Assembly: GCA_964422555.1 (NCBI GenBank)
Contig: CAYRBR010000002.1
Span: forward strand, 4,434-68,433
Source of the DNA: an uncultured Caldisericota bacterium
GTDB lineage: Bacteria > Caldisericota > Caldisericia > UBA6126
Direction: 5' to 3'
Length of the DNA stretch: 64,000 bases
Of the stretch, positions 1 to 9,628 are shown one piece after another (position 1 is the stretch's first letter; every line of letters starts with the position of its first letter). Position numbers and translations under genes: made by a program. The notes beneath the pieces are model-generated. The model did not search any database. It worked only from the letters and a program-made list of their open reading frames with translations, and was not told the DNA's origin.

Positions 1-409
1 TTTTGTTTACTACTTTGTGTTAGTTCCATTTGGAGTTGAATATTTACAGACTATCGCTTTCATCCTTACAATTGCAGTTTTCGTACAATTAGTAGAAATA
101 TACTTAAAAAAGATGATTCCAAATCTTTATAAAGTAATGGGGATATATCTTCCCTTGATTACTACAAACTGTATGATTTTAGGAGTAACAATTCTAAACA
201 TTCAAAATTCTTATAGTTTGATTGAAACAATTGTTTTTTCTTTTGGCTCATCTCTAGGTTTCACACTGGCAATGATATTAATGACCTCAATAAGAAATCG
301 TATGAAGGATTCAAACATTCCTGATTTCTTTAAAGGAGCTCCAGCTGTTTTCATCGCTGCCTCTTTTATTGCTATTGCTTTTATGGGATTGCAAGGATTA
401 GGTGGGTGA
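1..409 (+). CDS. rnfA: Rnf electron-transport complex subunit A (RnfA/NqrE family), C-terminal part; N-terminus lies upstream of the window
   Basis: Open frame from the window edge to the stop at 407-409. Polytopic hydrophobic sequence with a typical RnfA/NqrDE-family C-terminus (…AFMGLQGLGG). Immediately followed by rnfB, as in the rnfCDGEAB order. Confidence 0.75.
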   Translation, partial: FVYYFVLVPFGVEYLQTIAFILTIAVFVQLVEIYLKKMIPNLYKVMGIYLPLITTNCMILGVTILNIQNSYSLIETIVFSFGSSLGFTLAMILMTSIRNRMKDSNIPDFFKGAPAVFIAASFIAIAFMGLQGLGG

Positions 410-410
410 T

Positions 411-1235
411 ATGTCTTTACAAATTATTATATATTCTAGTCTAATACTACTTGGTCTTGGTCTTTTATTCGGCTGGATGCTGGGTGTTTTCTCTAACGTT
501 TTTTATGTAAAAGAAAATCCTCTTATTGAAAAGATTAAAGATGCGCTTCCACAAGCTAATTGCGGAGCCTGTGGCTATTCAGGTTGTGCTTCTTTTGCGG
601 AAGCAGTAGCAAGTGGGAAAGCACCAATTAATGGTTGTGTAGCCGGTGGACAAGAGACAATTGATAGCATCGCTACCATAATGGGCATTTCTGCTTCGAA
701 TAATGCAAAACGCTACGTAGCAGTTGTACTCTGCAAAGGTGGAAAAGATGAATCAATAAAAAATGCCACAGCCATGGGAGCAAGTAGTTGTAGAATGGCG
801 CATGAGCTAAGATTATATGACAGAGTTTGTCGTTTTGGTTGTTTAGGACACGGTGATTGCGAAGATGCATGTCCATTTGGAGCTATTTCAATGGGAAAGA
901 ATGGTTTACCAAAAATTGACACAACCATTTGTACAGGTTGTGGTATCTGTGTTGATACATGCCCTAGAAACATCATTAAATTGTTTCACGATACGAAACG
1001 TGTCCTTGCTCTGTGTAGTAACAATGAAAAGGGTTCATTTGTGCGCAAAGCATGTAAAGTCGGATGTATATCTTGTGGTCTTTGTATAAAAAAATGTCCT
1101 CAAAAGGCAATTGTTTTTAAAGACAATTTACCTGTTATAGATATTGAAAAATGCAATCTTTGTGGTATTTGTGTTACTGTGTGTCCAGTTAATGCATTAT
1201 CTTTGAGAAAAGCACTTACGGAGAAAGATGAGTAA
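411..1235 (+). CDS. rnfB: Rnf complex subunit B: N-terminal membrane anchor plus polyferredoxin domain with several 4Fe-4S Cys motifs
   Basis: ATG at 411 preceded by AGGTGGG; a GTG at 402 is an alternative start. N-terminal TM helix. Cys clusters CGACGYSGC and repeated CxxCxxCxxxCP motifs (CTGCGICVDTCP, CISCGLCIKKCP, CNLCGICVTVCP). Confidence 0.85.
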   Translation: MSLQIIIYSSLILLGLGLLFGWMLGVFSNVFYVKENPLIEKIKDALPQANCGACGYSGCASFAEAVASGKAPINGCVAGGQETIDSIATIMGISASNNAKRYVAVVLCKGGKDESIKNATAMGASSCRMAHELRLYDRVCRFGCLGHGDCEDACPFGAISMGKNGLPKIDTTICTGCGICVDTCPRNIIKLFHDTKRVLALCSNNEKGSFVRKACKVGCISCGLCIKKCPQKAIVFKDNLPVIDIEKCNLCGICVTVCPVNALSLRKALTEKDE

Positions 1236-3564
1236 AAATCATAAACAAACAACTGTTAGTATTGGTCTATTTTTTGTGTTCTTATTTGGTTCCGTTTTTT
1301 CATACCTTCATTTAGCTTACAGTGCAGAACTTAATTACCTTTCTTTACGTAATGAAAGTGGTTACAACTATACTCTGGGACAATGTTCTATACGGCTGAA
1401 AGATCCTCCAAATGGAAGTTATATCTTAAAAAAAGAAGGGGACGAACAAGACACAATACTAAGTTGTATTTTATCCACTCCTAAAACAAACATGATACTT
1501 TTATCTTCTTCATTTAAACCAAATGAAGAAAAAATATATCGAATAAAAGAAACAAAACAAGGTGATTTTAACTCTATTCCTATCAGTACTTCACCCGGGA
1601 CTCTTTATCACTTCGTTAACTATGATAAAGCACATATAATTTCATGTGAACCAAACAACAAGATTGATGTTTTAAATAACGAAAGTAAAGTTCTGGAATC
1701 TTTCACGCTTGAAAAAGGAAAAGATAACGTTTTCCATTCTCCCACTCCAACGAATATTGTTATCAAATCAGAAAAACCAATTTATGTTTTTGAAAGCTCA
1801 CTTTCCTCTGATCCGTTATCACAAAAAGAATCCGGTGACAGCGATACTACAACTCTTTATGGAACACACCTTTTCTTCTACAATCCAGGTCATATTTGGG
1901 TATCGGCATATTATCCTAACACAAAGGTTAAAATACTTGATCAAAACCAGATCCCTGTCCATAATTTTACTATTAATCCTGAAAATGGATTGTTTTTGAA
2001 TGATTTAGAAATTGGATCATACTCTCTTGTCTCGTCCTCTCCCATAACACTCCAGACTGGTTTTCTAGACAATGAAAATTATTCTTATATTTTTGGTGAA
2101 ATTAACAATGTGAATGGTTTTTCTTTTGGAGATCTTCTTTTCTATTCACCCTATAAAGATGTTAAGATAAACCTAGAATATAATGATTTAAAAAAAACTG
2201 TTTCGCTTTCTGAACCTGGCTCTAGTTCAATTGTATCAACAATTGATAGCTTTAGTCCATCGAAACCTGAATATGTATATTTCTCAGCATCCTCTGACTT
2301 ACCCTTTTATGTACTTTCTTTCTCTTCGGGTAATAATTTCGGAGGTGAGTTTTCTCCTGGTTCACATGGATCTTTCTATGATGTAGATTTTACAATGATA
2401 TCATCTAGGGTGGCAAAGGAGTTTTCTAAAGATCAGAAAAATTTATTAGAAATTTATGCAAATGAACCGTTTACATCAATCAACTTAAATACCGATTCTA
2501 CAGAAAATAATCAAACGATATCCTTAAGCAAATTTTCATTTTACGATTATCTATCAGCAGAACCACTTTCAAAAATTAGTGTTTCTTCTGATACTTTAAT
2601 CTCTTGCCTTCAATTGCACAACTATACATCGAAGGGATTGTTTTACTACGTTCCCCCTATTTCTACGACCATTTCTTATAGTTTTCATGAAACACCTTCT
2701 TCTAATGGGGGTTTATTCACAAATAACGACAAAACACCGAATTCTTTATCTTTGTTGATGGATCATTCAAGGTGGATTACATTTTTTCAACAAATACTAA
2801 ATCCCTCTTTACTACCCTTTACCGTTTTTTTTGGTGGTTTTTTACTTTTATTTCTCTTTCTGCTTCTATGGATTTCTTTCAAAAAAATTACCATTGAAAA
2901 AAACAATCCTGTAGAAAAAGAAGGTCAGTCTGCAAACAAAAATAATAGTTTTGTCCCTGACAGTAGTGATTCCGCTGTACTATCTGTTAAAAAAACTAAT
3001 TCTATTACCACTGCTCCTTCTGTTACACAGTCCCAAAAAACGAGCCAATCTACAGATAGTTTCAAAAAGCAAACAAATTCCTTGGAAGATTCTGCTACAG
3101 AAAGAAAGGAACACGCTGAAAAAAAGAAAATTCACATTGCTCCAGAACATACTCCTGTTTGGATGAAAAATAGCAAAGAAACTCCTGTTTCCGAAGAAGA
3201 TCATGATGCATCTGAATCTACTTCTAATGAAAAGAAATCTACAACCATTGAATCTTCTCATCAGGGTAATAACATTCGTAAATCCCTACGTATTCATACC
3301 CCCTCTCTTGACAAAAGTTCTGATTTAACAAACTTACCTACTTTAAATACAGACCAAGATGCTATATTTTCAAGCATTAAAAACCTGAAGAAAAAAAAGA
3401 AGAAAGACAGCATTAAGCCTATAAAAGCAAATGAACCACATGATGTAAACGTTAGTAAAGTCGCTAAGGGTAATGATCTTTCCTCATCCGAAAATAGCAA
3501 ACAGACTGAAAAAACAAGAATAAAAGATGCCTACAGGGATTCATATACATTTGATGAAAAATAA
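1228..3564 (+). CDS. Large hypothetical type-I membrane protein: signal/anchor, ~500-aa S/T/N-rich ectodomain, one TM helix, ~230-aa K/S/T-rich low-complexity cytoplasmic tail
   Basis: 2.3-kb ORF whose ATG overlaps the rnfB stop (GATGAGTAA). N-terminal hydrophobic stretch IGLFFVFLFGSVFSYL. Internal TM FTVFFGGFLLLFLFLLLWISF. Tail contains a KKKKKKK run. No recognisable family by eye. Confidence 0.6.
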   Translation: MSKNHKQTTVSIGLFFVFLFGSVFSYLHLAYSAELNYLSLRNESGYNYTLGQCSIRLKDPPNGSYILKKEGDEQDTILSCILSTPKTNMILLSSSFKPNEEKIYRIKETKQGDFNSIPISTSPGTLYHFVNYDKAHIISCEPNNKIDVLNNESKVLESFTLEKGKDNVFHSPTPTNIVIKSEKPIYVFESSLSSDPLSQKESGDSDTTTLYGTHLFFYNPGHIWVSAYYPNTKVKILDQNQIPVHNFTINPENGLFLNDLEIGSYSLVSSSPITLQTGFLDNENYSYIFGEINNVNGFSFGDLLFYSPYKDVKINLEYNDLKKTVSLSEPGSSSIVSTIDSFSPSKPEYVYFSASSDLPFYVLSFSSGNNFGGEFSPGSHGSFYDVDFTMISSRVAKEFSKDQKNLLEIYANEPFTSINLNTDSTENNQTISLSKFSFYDYLSAEPLSKISVSSDTLISCLQLHNYTSKGLFYYVPPISTTISYSFHETPSSNGGLFTNNDKTPNSLSLLMDHSRWITFFQQILNPSLLPFTVFFGGFLLLFLFLLLWISFKKITIEKNNPVEKEGQSANKNNSFVPDSSDSAVLSVKKTNSITTAPSVTQSQKTSQSTDSFKKQTNSLEDSATERKEHAEKKKIHIAPEHTPVWMKNSKETPVSEEDHDASESTSNEKKSTTIESSHQGNNIRKSLRIHTPSLDKSSDLTNLPTLNTDQDAIFSSIKNLKKKKKKDSIKPIKANEPHDVNVSKVAKGNDLSSSENSKQTEKTRIKDAYRDSYTFDEK

Positions 3565-3609
3565 GTAAAACAAGTTTATTCTTCATTTGATGCCAACTTA
3601 GTAAGCAAG

Positions 3610-4002
3610 GTGTATTCTTGTGATCAAAAAAGTAAAAGCCCTAACTTTAGTAACCCTCTTTATCAATCCCTCATTGTCCTTGATCCTGGATCAGCAAATC
3701 GGCTTTATATTGAAGGTTTCCTAAATAAGTTTAAAAAAGCTTTTATTGCTTCTTCTTCCTCTAAAAAACTAGCTCCCGAGATTAGCTCACATTTAGTACC
3801 TGTAAAACTAAACATGAACGATAAAGCCAAAGCCATTACTATGAAAGATTCCTGCAATACATTTGAAGAAGCTGGCCTTGCGTTTATTGTGTGTAAAAAG
3901 AAACACTGTAAGTACTATATTTCTTCCTATCAACTACCAAAGAAGATAATGGGTATTGAAATTCTTTCAGTTCATGAAATTGTAAAGTCACTTGAAAAAT
4001 GA
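3610..4002 (+). CDS. Small hypothetical protein (130 aa, GTG start; start uncertain)
   Basis: ORF between the large membrane protein gene and apbE. Its end overlaps the apbE start by 11 nt. No recognisable motifs. Confidence 0.3.
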   Translation: MYSCDQKSKSPNFSNPLYQSLIVLDPGSANRLYIEGFLNKFKKAFIASSSSKKLAPEISSHLVPVKLNMNDKAKAITMKDSCNTFEEAGLAFIVCKKKHCKYYISSYQLPKKIMGIEILSVHEIVKSLEK

Positions 4003-4999
4003 TATGAAAAAAAAGGATTCCTTTTTTTCTTCCGTAATTTTTCTTTTAGTTTTGTCCTTTTTTTTTCTATCATGCAGAAATACTCCCTTAAATCAAAAAA
4101 TTAAATGGCACTCTAAAACTCTTTTTTATATGGATACTTTTCTTACAATTCAGATACCTTCGGAGTCTGATTCTGATACCCTTCTTCTGTCAGTTCAAAC
4201 AATACTAGATGACATAGATAAGAAATTAAACGCATATTCCATTGGTTCTGATGTATATAGAATCAATCAAAATGCTGGGTACACACCGATTACCGTAAGT
4301 GACGAAACTATTTTTGTTCTTAAGAAATGTATTGATTTTTCGGACGATAGTAAGGGTTTATTCGACATTACATTCCTTCCAATACAGGATTTGTATGGTT
4401 TCTCTGACAAAGAGTATCGTATACCCTCTGAATTAATCCTTACTGAGACATTGAAGCTTGTTGATTATAAAAATATTATTATTAATGAAGAACATTCAAC
4501 CGTACTCCTTGCAGAAAAGCAGATGAGAATAAATCTCTCTGGCATAATTAAAGGCTATTCGCTTGATAAAATTACAGATTTTCTTCAATCATCATCTGTA
4601 GAGTATTATAAGATTGACTTTGGAGGAAACTTAGCTTTATCCTTACCTGATTCAATCCCTGTAGGGATTGAAAGCCATGAAAATAGTATCCAGAACACTA
4701 TCATGATGAAGCAGGGCTTTATATCTACCTCATCCGGTTCTCATCAGTCATTCATAAAAGGTGAACAGCTTTACACACATATAGTTAATCCAACCACAGG
4801 CTCTGCTAAACCTTGTGTCTTATCTGCTACCGTTAAAACTTGGAGTGGCATGGAATCTGATTTTCTTTCAACCTACTTTTTTTTAGCAGGTTCCAACCCT
4901 AGTCCCTTAATCATAAAAAAATACCTTCCTCAAGCCTCTGTTTATATCTATGATCTTGATGGCCATTTCAGTACTTATGCAGAAAATTACAATCCGTAA
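3992..4999 (+). CDS. apbE: FAD:protein FMN transferase (ApbE family) lipoprotein
   Basis: Signal peptide with a Cys (FFFLSC). ApbE-like motifs: YSIGSDVYRINQNAG (S-x-S-x-x-S-R-l-N), GIIKGYSLDKI, IDFGGNLAL, ISTSSGSHQSF, HIVNPTTGSAKP. Canonical position after rnf genes. Confidence 0.75.
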   Translation: MKNDMKKKDSFFSSVIFLLVLSFFFLSCRNTPLNQKIKWHSKTLFYMDTFLTIQIPSESDSDTLLLSVQTILDDIDKKLNAYSIGSDVYRINQNAGYTPITVSDETIFVLKKCIDFSDDSKGLFDITFLPIQDLYGFSDKEYRIPSELILTETLKLVDYKNIIINEEHSTVLLAEKQMRINLSGIIKGYSLDKITDFLQSSSVEYYKIDFGGNLALSLPDSIPVGIESHENSIQNTIMMKQGFISTSSGSHQSFIKGEQLYTHIVNPTTGSAKPCVLSATVKTWSGMESDFLSTYFFLAGSNPSPLIIKKYLPQASVYIYDLDGHFSTYAENYNP

Positions 5000-5486
5000 C
5001 TTAACAACTTTTTCATTGTTACTAACCATCGGTATCATTCTTCACTTTGTGGAGTTTTATATTTCCATTCCGATTGGTGGGTTTGTTTTGAAGCCAGGTG
5101 TTTCGAACATTGTTATCCTTATTTGTCTATATTATTTTGGAATCAAAGAAACAATTTTACTTGCAGTTTCAAGAATTCTCTTATCTGCTCTTTTCGAACC
5201 ATCCATTAATAGTATGACTATCGCGATAAGTTTTGGGGGAGTTGTTTTAAGTCTTACCGCAATTATTCTGCTTTTTTGTTATAGTCGTTTTAATATCAAA
5301 ATTATTAGTGTTATTGGAGCTATTCTGCACAATATCGGTCAACTTATTGTCGTACTATTTTTTATTCCTTGCAATTATTTATTATACTATTTACCATTAA
5401 TAGTTGTTTCTGGTTTTTTTGGAGGCTATATTACTGGCTGGATAGCAGAAGTGTCTTTGCAAAAGATAGATTCTATTAATACTTAG
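4950..5486 (+). CDS. Small polytopic membrane protein (5-6 TM; Gx-transporter/ECF-S-like fold suspected)
   Basis: Hydrophobic 178-aa ORF overlapping the apbE 3' end. Alternative ATGs at 4959 and 4977 reduce the overlap. No enzymatic motifs. Confidence 0.5.
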   Translation: MILMAISVLMQKITIRNLTTFSLLLTIGIILHFVEFYISIPIGGFVLKPGVSNIVILICLYYFGIKETILLAVSRILLSALFEPSINSMTIAISFGGVVLSLTAIILLFCYSRFNIKIISVIGAILHNIGQLIVVLFFIPCNYLLYYLPLIVVSGFFGGYITGWIAEVSLQKIDSINT

Positions 5487-5507
5487 CAAGATGAAATGGA
5501 GTAGAGT

Positions 5508-6545
5508 ATGAATTTTGGTCATTTTGGAAAAGATATTGCAATCGATCTTGGAACCGCTAACACACTTGTTTATATTGCTGGACAAGGGATAATGCTCAGA
5601 GAGCCTTCTATAGTTGCAGTACGTCGTGAAAATGGGGAAATTATTGCAATTGGTAACGAAGCAAAACGTATGGCGGGTCGTGTTCCAGAGGCAATACAGA
5701 TAATTCGTCCCTTGAAAGATGGGGTAATTGCAAATTTTGAGGTAACTCAAAAACTTATAGAATACTTAATACAAAAAGTAGGAGCAAGAAAAGGTTTTTT
5801 TGGGTTTATTAAGCCTCGATTAGTTATCGGAATCCCCTCTGGTATCACTGAAGTTGAAATGCGAGCAGTAGTTGAAGCAGGATATCAAGCAGGAGCTCGT
5901 TATGTTGGTTTAGTTCAAGAACCTATGGCAGCTTCTTTTGGAGCAAACCTTCCTGTAAGTGAACCTACAGGCAATATGATTGTTGACATTGGTGGAGGCA
6001 CATGCGAGGTAGCCGTTGTTTCATTAAATGGAATCGTCGCTAAAAATTCAATACGAATTGCCGGTGATGAAATGAATGAGGCAATTCTTCAATACCTTAA
6101 AAGACAGTACAACCTGCTTGTTGGAATTTATACTGCTGAAGAAATAAAAATTGAAATTGGAACTGCATATCCTAGTGATCAGGTAACAACAGCCGAAATT
6201 AAAGGAAGAGATCTCATTACGGGTCTTCCTCGAACTGTAACAATAACCTCAGAAGAGACGCGTATCGCATTAAATGACGTCTTGATTAGTATTATGGAAG
6301 CAGTTAAAGCAACTCTTGAAAATACACCTCCAGACCTTGGAGCTGATATTATTGACAGAGGTATATTTCTTGCAGGTGGAGGTTCCTTAATTCGTGGAAT
6401 GGCCAGATATATTTCAGAAGGTACTGGCATTCTAGTATCAAATGCTGAAAACCCTGTTCTTTGTGTAGCGCTAGGTGCAGGTAAAATAGTTGAAAACCTT
6501 GAAAAACTTATGCCACTTTTATTGAAGGTGAAGTATTATAAATAA
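5508..6545 (+). CDS. mreB: Rod-shape determining actin homolog MreB
   Basis: N-terminal DIAIDLGTANTLVY phosphate-1 motif, DIGGGTCEVAV, and a GGGSLIRG C-terminal motif. About 345 aa. Confidence 0.9.
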   Translation: MNFGHFGKDIAIDLGTANTLVYIAGQGIMLREPSIVAVRRENGEIIAIGNEAKRMAGRVPEAIQIIRPLKDGVIANFEVTQKLIEYLIQKVGARKGFFGFIKPRLVIGIPSGITEVEMRAVVEAGYQAGARYVGLVQEPMAASFGANLPVSEPTGNMIVDIGGGTCEVAVVSLNGIVAKNSIRIAGDEMNEAILQYLKRQYNLLVGIYTAEEIKIEIGTAYPSDQVTTAEIKGRDLITGLPRTVTITSEETRIALNDVLISIMEAVKATLENTPPDLGADIIDRGIFLAGGGSLIRGMARYISEGTGILVSNAENPVLCVALGAGKIVENLEKLMPLLLKVKYYK

Positions 6546-7367
6546 ATGTCTATAAAAAAAAGAGGCTTTTTGTGGCTTGTTATCTCCCTAGTCTTCTTTT
6601 TAGCTATTTCTTTTTATTGGAGCTTTAGTGATTCATCTTTTTCAATTGCATCCCAAGGATTTGTTAGAAATACTATAAGCCCCGTAGGAAAAATGTTCTC
6701 GTCATTTGGTTCTTCGATACATAATTTGCTTGCAAATCTACAATCCTACCCAAGTTTAGTCGAAAACAACCAAAGACTTTTGATTGAGAATGAATCATTA
6801 AAGAATGAAATTAAGATACGTGACCAAATTCAGTTTGACAATGAAAGATTTTCAATGTTACTAGGAATAGTGCAGGATAATCCTAACACATATATCCCTG
6901 CATCTATCATTTATCGAACCCCAGACTCTACTATGAATTTTATAATCAACAGGGGTTCAAATTCGAATGTTAAAGATGGATTGGCTGTGGTTTCCCCAGT
7001 TTACAAGAACAGTTCACTATCACATTTCCAACTCCTTGGTAAAACGATAGATGTTTCAAAACTCGACTCTCCAGTTTTATCACTCTATGATGAAAACTCA
7101 AATGTCAGTATCCGTAATCTCCGCAATAATGTAAATGGAACTGTATCCTTCAATTCAAAAAACAACACTCTGTATGTAAAATTCTACAAAAAAGAAGATT
7201 ATCAGCTCAATGATATTTTAGTTGTTAGTTCTTTTTCTTCATTGCCAAATGATTTACTGGTGGGATCTATTGTAGAAATTCAGCCGACTGAATCAATACA
7301 TTACCTAGCGATCGTTAAACCTGTCAAAGATTTTTCAAAGATTACAGAGGTTCTTGTTATTCAATGA
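6546..7367 (+). CDS. mreC: Rod-shape determining protein MreC
   Basis: Starts 1 nt after the mreB stop. N-terminal TM, coiled-coil segment, then beta-rich C-terminal domain. Position between mreB and mreD. Confidence 0.7.
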   Translation: MSIKKRGFLWLVISLVFFLAISFYWSFSDSSFSIASQGFVRNTISPVGKMFSSFGSSIHNLLANLQSYPSLVENNQRLLIENESLKNEIKIRDQIQFDNERFSMLLGIVQDNPNTYIPASIIYRTPDSTMNFIINRGSNSNVKDGLAVVSPVYKNSSLSHFQLLGKTIDVSKLDSPVLSLYDENSNVSIRNLRNNVNGTVSFNSKNNTLYVKFYKKEDYQLNDILVVSSFSSLPNDLLVGSIVEIQPTESIHYLAIVKPVKDFSKITEVLVIQ

Positions 7368-7840
7368 TCTACATAATTATTGTATTCCTTCAAGTTTTCA
7401 TTGTATGCCTTGATTTGTTTTTTTTTCCAAGTTTACTTCATTCCAGAACACCAATCGGCTTATCTTTGCTTTTTGCTATTTCCATGGTTTACCTGTTTCA
7501 AACCAAAGGTTTGTTTAGTATTCTCCCCGGATTACTCCTAAAACTCAGTTTTCTACCTACAACAATCGTAGTACCCACACTTATAGCATATTCACTATTT
7601 ATATTGCTATCTTTTCTTTTCAAAAACAATCAACAATCCCATGCAAACTCTTTGTTTATTCTTTTCTCTTATGTGGTGATTCTTAGTATTTTTATTTTTC
7701 AGTTTTTCTTTTCTTGCCCTAACCCTTTTTACACATTTATTCTAAATCTACTTTTATATACTTTTGTTATTCTTCCTTTGTTCTATATTTTTTCCAAAAA
7801 ATTGTTTTCGATCGCTCTCAGAAAAAAGCCTATTCTATGA
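7364..7840 (+). CDS. mreD: Rod-shape determining protein MreD (polytopic membrane)
   Basis: ATGA overlap with mreC. Very hydrophobic 158-aa protein. Operon position between mreC and mrdA. Confidence 0.6.
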   Translation: MIYIIIVFLQVFIVCLDLFFFPSLLHSRTPIGLSLLFAISMVYLFQTKGLFSILPGLLLKLSFLPTTIVVPTLIAYSLFILLSFLFKNNQQSHANSLFILFSYVVILSIFIFQFFFSCPNPFYTFILNLLLYTFVILPLFYIFSKKLFSIALRKKPIL

Positions 7841-9627
7841 ATCATATCCCTTTAGTAAAAAAGAATATCGACATTCATCCTGTTAAGATCGTTCTTTTTA
7901 TTTTAATCATTTCAGCATGTTCCGTATTCCTTATAACAAAACTCCTTATCTTGCAAGGATTCGAACAAGAGAAATATGCTCATTTAGCAACTAATAATTA
8001 CAACCGGTACAGTCTTCAAGAAGCTCCAAGGGGTACCATATATGATCGTAATGGTATTGTTTTAGCAGAGGATGTTCCCACTTTTCATCTTTATGCAGTT
8101 CCCAGCGAAATACCACAACCAAAATACTCCTCAAAATTAATACATGACTTAATAGGTATAAACCAAGAAACAGTCATTCAAAAAATTACTGAAAATTATT
8201 CTTTTGCCGAGATCTTGCTAAAAGAAAACCTATCCTACGAAGAAAGAATTCGTCTGGAAGAAAACGAATACAAGTTAAAGGGTTTCTTCATAAAAGAAGG
8301 GTATAAGAGGTTTTACCCTAAAAATTCTTGTCTGTGCCATGTTATAGGATACACGGGAGTTATTTCACAAGATGATCTGGCTAGAAAGAAATATTCCGCA
8401 TATCAGCCAAATGAGAGGATAGGCATTTCAGGTATAGAAAGATACTACGAAATGTTACTTCATGGCACACCTGGACTTAAGAAGCAAACAATTGACGTAT
8501 ACGGTCATGTCGTGGATGAAATAACTGAAAAAGAAGTTATAAAAGGGAAAGATATCTACCTAACCATTGATTCCAGACTTCAGGAAAAAGCAGAAGAAAT
8601 CATACAGGATCATCGGGGATGCCTTGTTCTTATGAATTGCAATAATGGTGAAATCATAACTTGCGCATCAAATCCTACTTTTGATCCAAATTACTTCTCT
8701 GGACCCAGACCTATTGAAACTTGGAACTTATGGGTGGAGAATAGAGCTTTTTTCAACATTGCAACCATGGGACAATATCCACCTGGTTCAACATTCAAGC
8801 CCATTGTCGCTTTATTTGGATTAGTAAGTGGTTATCTTACAGATTCCGAATATATTACGTGTACTGGTTCTTTGAAAATCCCCGGACAAGAAGATAAATA
8901 CAGATGCTGGGTATATCCTTCTTCACATGGACCCTTACAATTAAAGAGAGCAATACAGGTATCTTGTGATGTTTATTTTTACCTTGCTGCCGAAAGATAT
9001 CCTATTGAATCTTTCATATCATTTCTAAAAGATTTTGGAGGCATATCAAAAGCTACGGGAATTGATTTACCGTCTGAAGAAAGTGGCTTTCTTGGTAGTC
9101 CGGAATGGAAAGAAAAATTTAAGGGACAATCCTGGTTTAAGGGTGATTCTATGAATTTAGGAATTGGGCAAGGTTTCTTATCTGTTACACCTATTCAGAT
9201 GACAAAATTATATGCTAAAATTGGGAACAAAGGGAAACATATTCAACCTCACCTCCTACTTGTTGAAAACTCTGAATCAAATTCAACTGATTCGTTAGAT
9301 AATTATGCAGATCACAATATTTCACATTACGACTACGATACTATTTTAGAAGGTATGCACATGACTACTCTGTATCCTGGTACTGCATCCGGACTATATA
9401 CTAACTCAGTAGAGATCGCTGCAAAAACCGGCACTGCATTGGTTCAGGGACAAGGTAGAGATATCCAGCATCTTTGGCTTGGTTCAATATTCCCCTATGA
9501 AGATCCTCAGTATAGTTGTTTCCTTCTGTTCGAAAATTCGCAATATCAATTAGCAAGTAATTTAACTCCATTTTTAAAAAATTTTATTGTATACTTTTAT
9601 CAGCTTGATGCATCGGAGGTGAATTAA
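7837..9627 (+). CDS. mrdA: Penicillin-binding protein 2 (elongasome transpeptidase)
   Basis: ATGA overlap with mreD. N-terminal TM. Motifs S-x-x-K (GSTFKP), S-x-D (SCDVYFY, as in PBP2) and KTG (KTGTA). Confidence 0.85.
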   Translation: MNHIPLVKKNIDIHPVKIVLFILIISACSVFLITKLLILQGFEQEKYAHLATNNYNRYSLQEAPRGTIYDRNGIVLAEDVPTFHLYAVPSEIPQPKYSSKLIHDLIGINQETVIQKITENYSFAEILLKENLSYEERIRLEENEYKLKGFFIKEGYKRFYPKNSCLCHVIGYTGVISQDDLARKKYSAYQPNERIGISGIERYYEMLLHGTPGLKKQTIDVYGHVVDEITEKEVIKGKDIYLTIDSRLQEKAEEIIQDHRGCLVLMNCNNGEIITCASNPTFDPNYFSGPRPIETWNLWVENRAFFNIATMGQYPPGSTFKPIVALFGLVSGYLTDSEYITCTGSLKIPGQEDKYRCWVYPSSHGPLQLKRAIQVSCDVYFYLAAERYPIESFISFLKDFGGISKATGIDLPSEESGFLGSPEWKEKFKGQSWFKGDSMNLGIGQGFLSVTPIQMTKLYAKIGNKGKHIQPHLLLVENSESNSTDSLDNYADHNISHYDYDTILEGMHMTTLYPGTASGLYTNSVEIAAKTGTALVQGQGRDIQHLWLGSIFPYEDPQYSCFLLFENSQYQLASNLTPFLKNFIVYFYQLDASEVN

Positions 9628-9628
9628 A

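Noticed and set aside
673-1089. Antisense and alternative-frame ORFs inside rnfB (673-876 -, 713-976 -, 853-1089 +). Similar short ORFs lie inside other long genes, for example 1709-1999, 2951-3261, 12994-13845, 15779-16156, 33181-33456, 48870-49199 and 54470-56591.
   Set aside because: All lie entirely within strongly supported longer CDSs on the other strand or frame. They have no RBS or start context, and their low-complexity, stop-poor translations are typical of shadow ORFs in AT-rich DNA.
3383-3403. Poly-A tract (A8) inside the 778-aa ORF as a possible slipped-strand phase-variation switch.
   Set aside because: The tract encodes an in-frame Lys run in a generally K-rich low-complexity tail. 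Mononucleotide A-runs are common in AT-rich genomes, and there is no evidence of frameshifted alternative ORFs.
7950-7970. tRNA-like GGATTCGAAC motif (TψC-arm-like).
   Set aside because: It lies inside the mrdA coding sequence in the correct reading frame (…LQGFEQEK…) with no cloverleaf context. Chance match.
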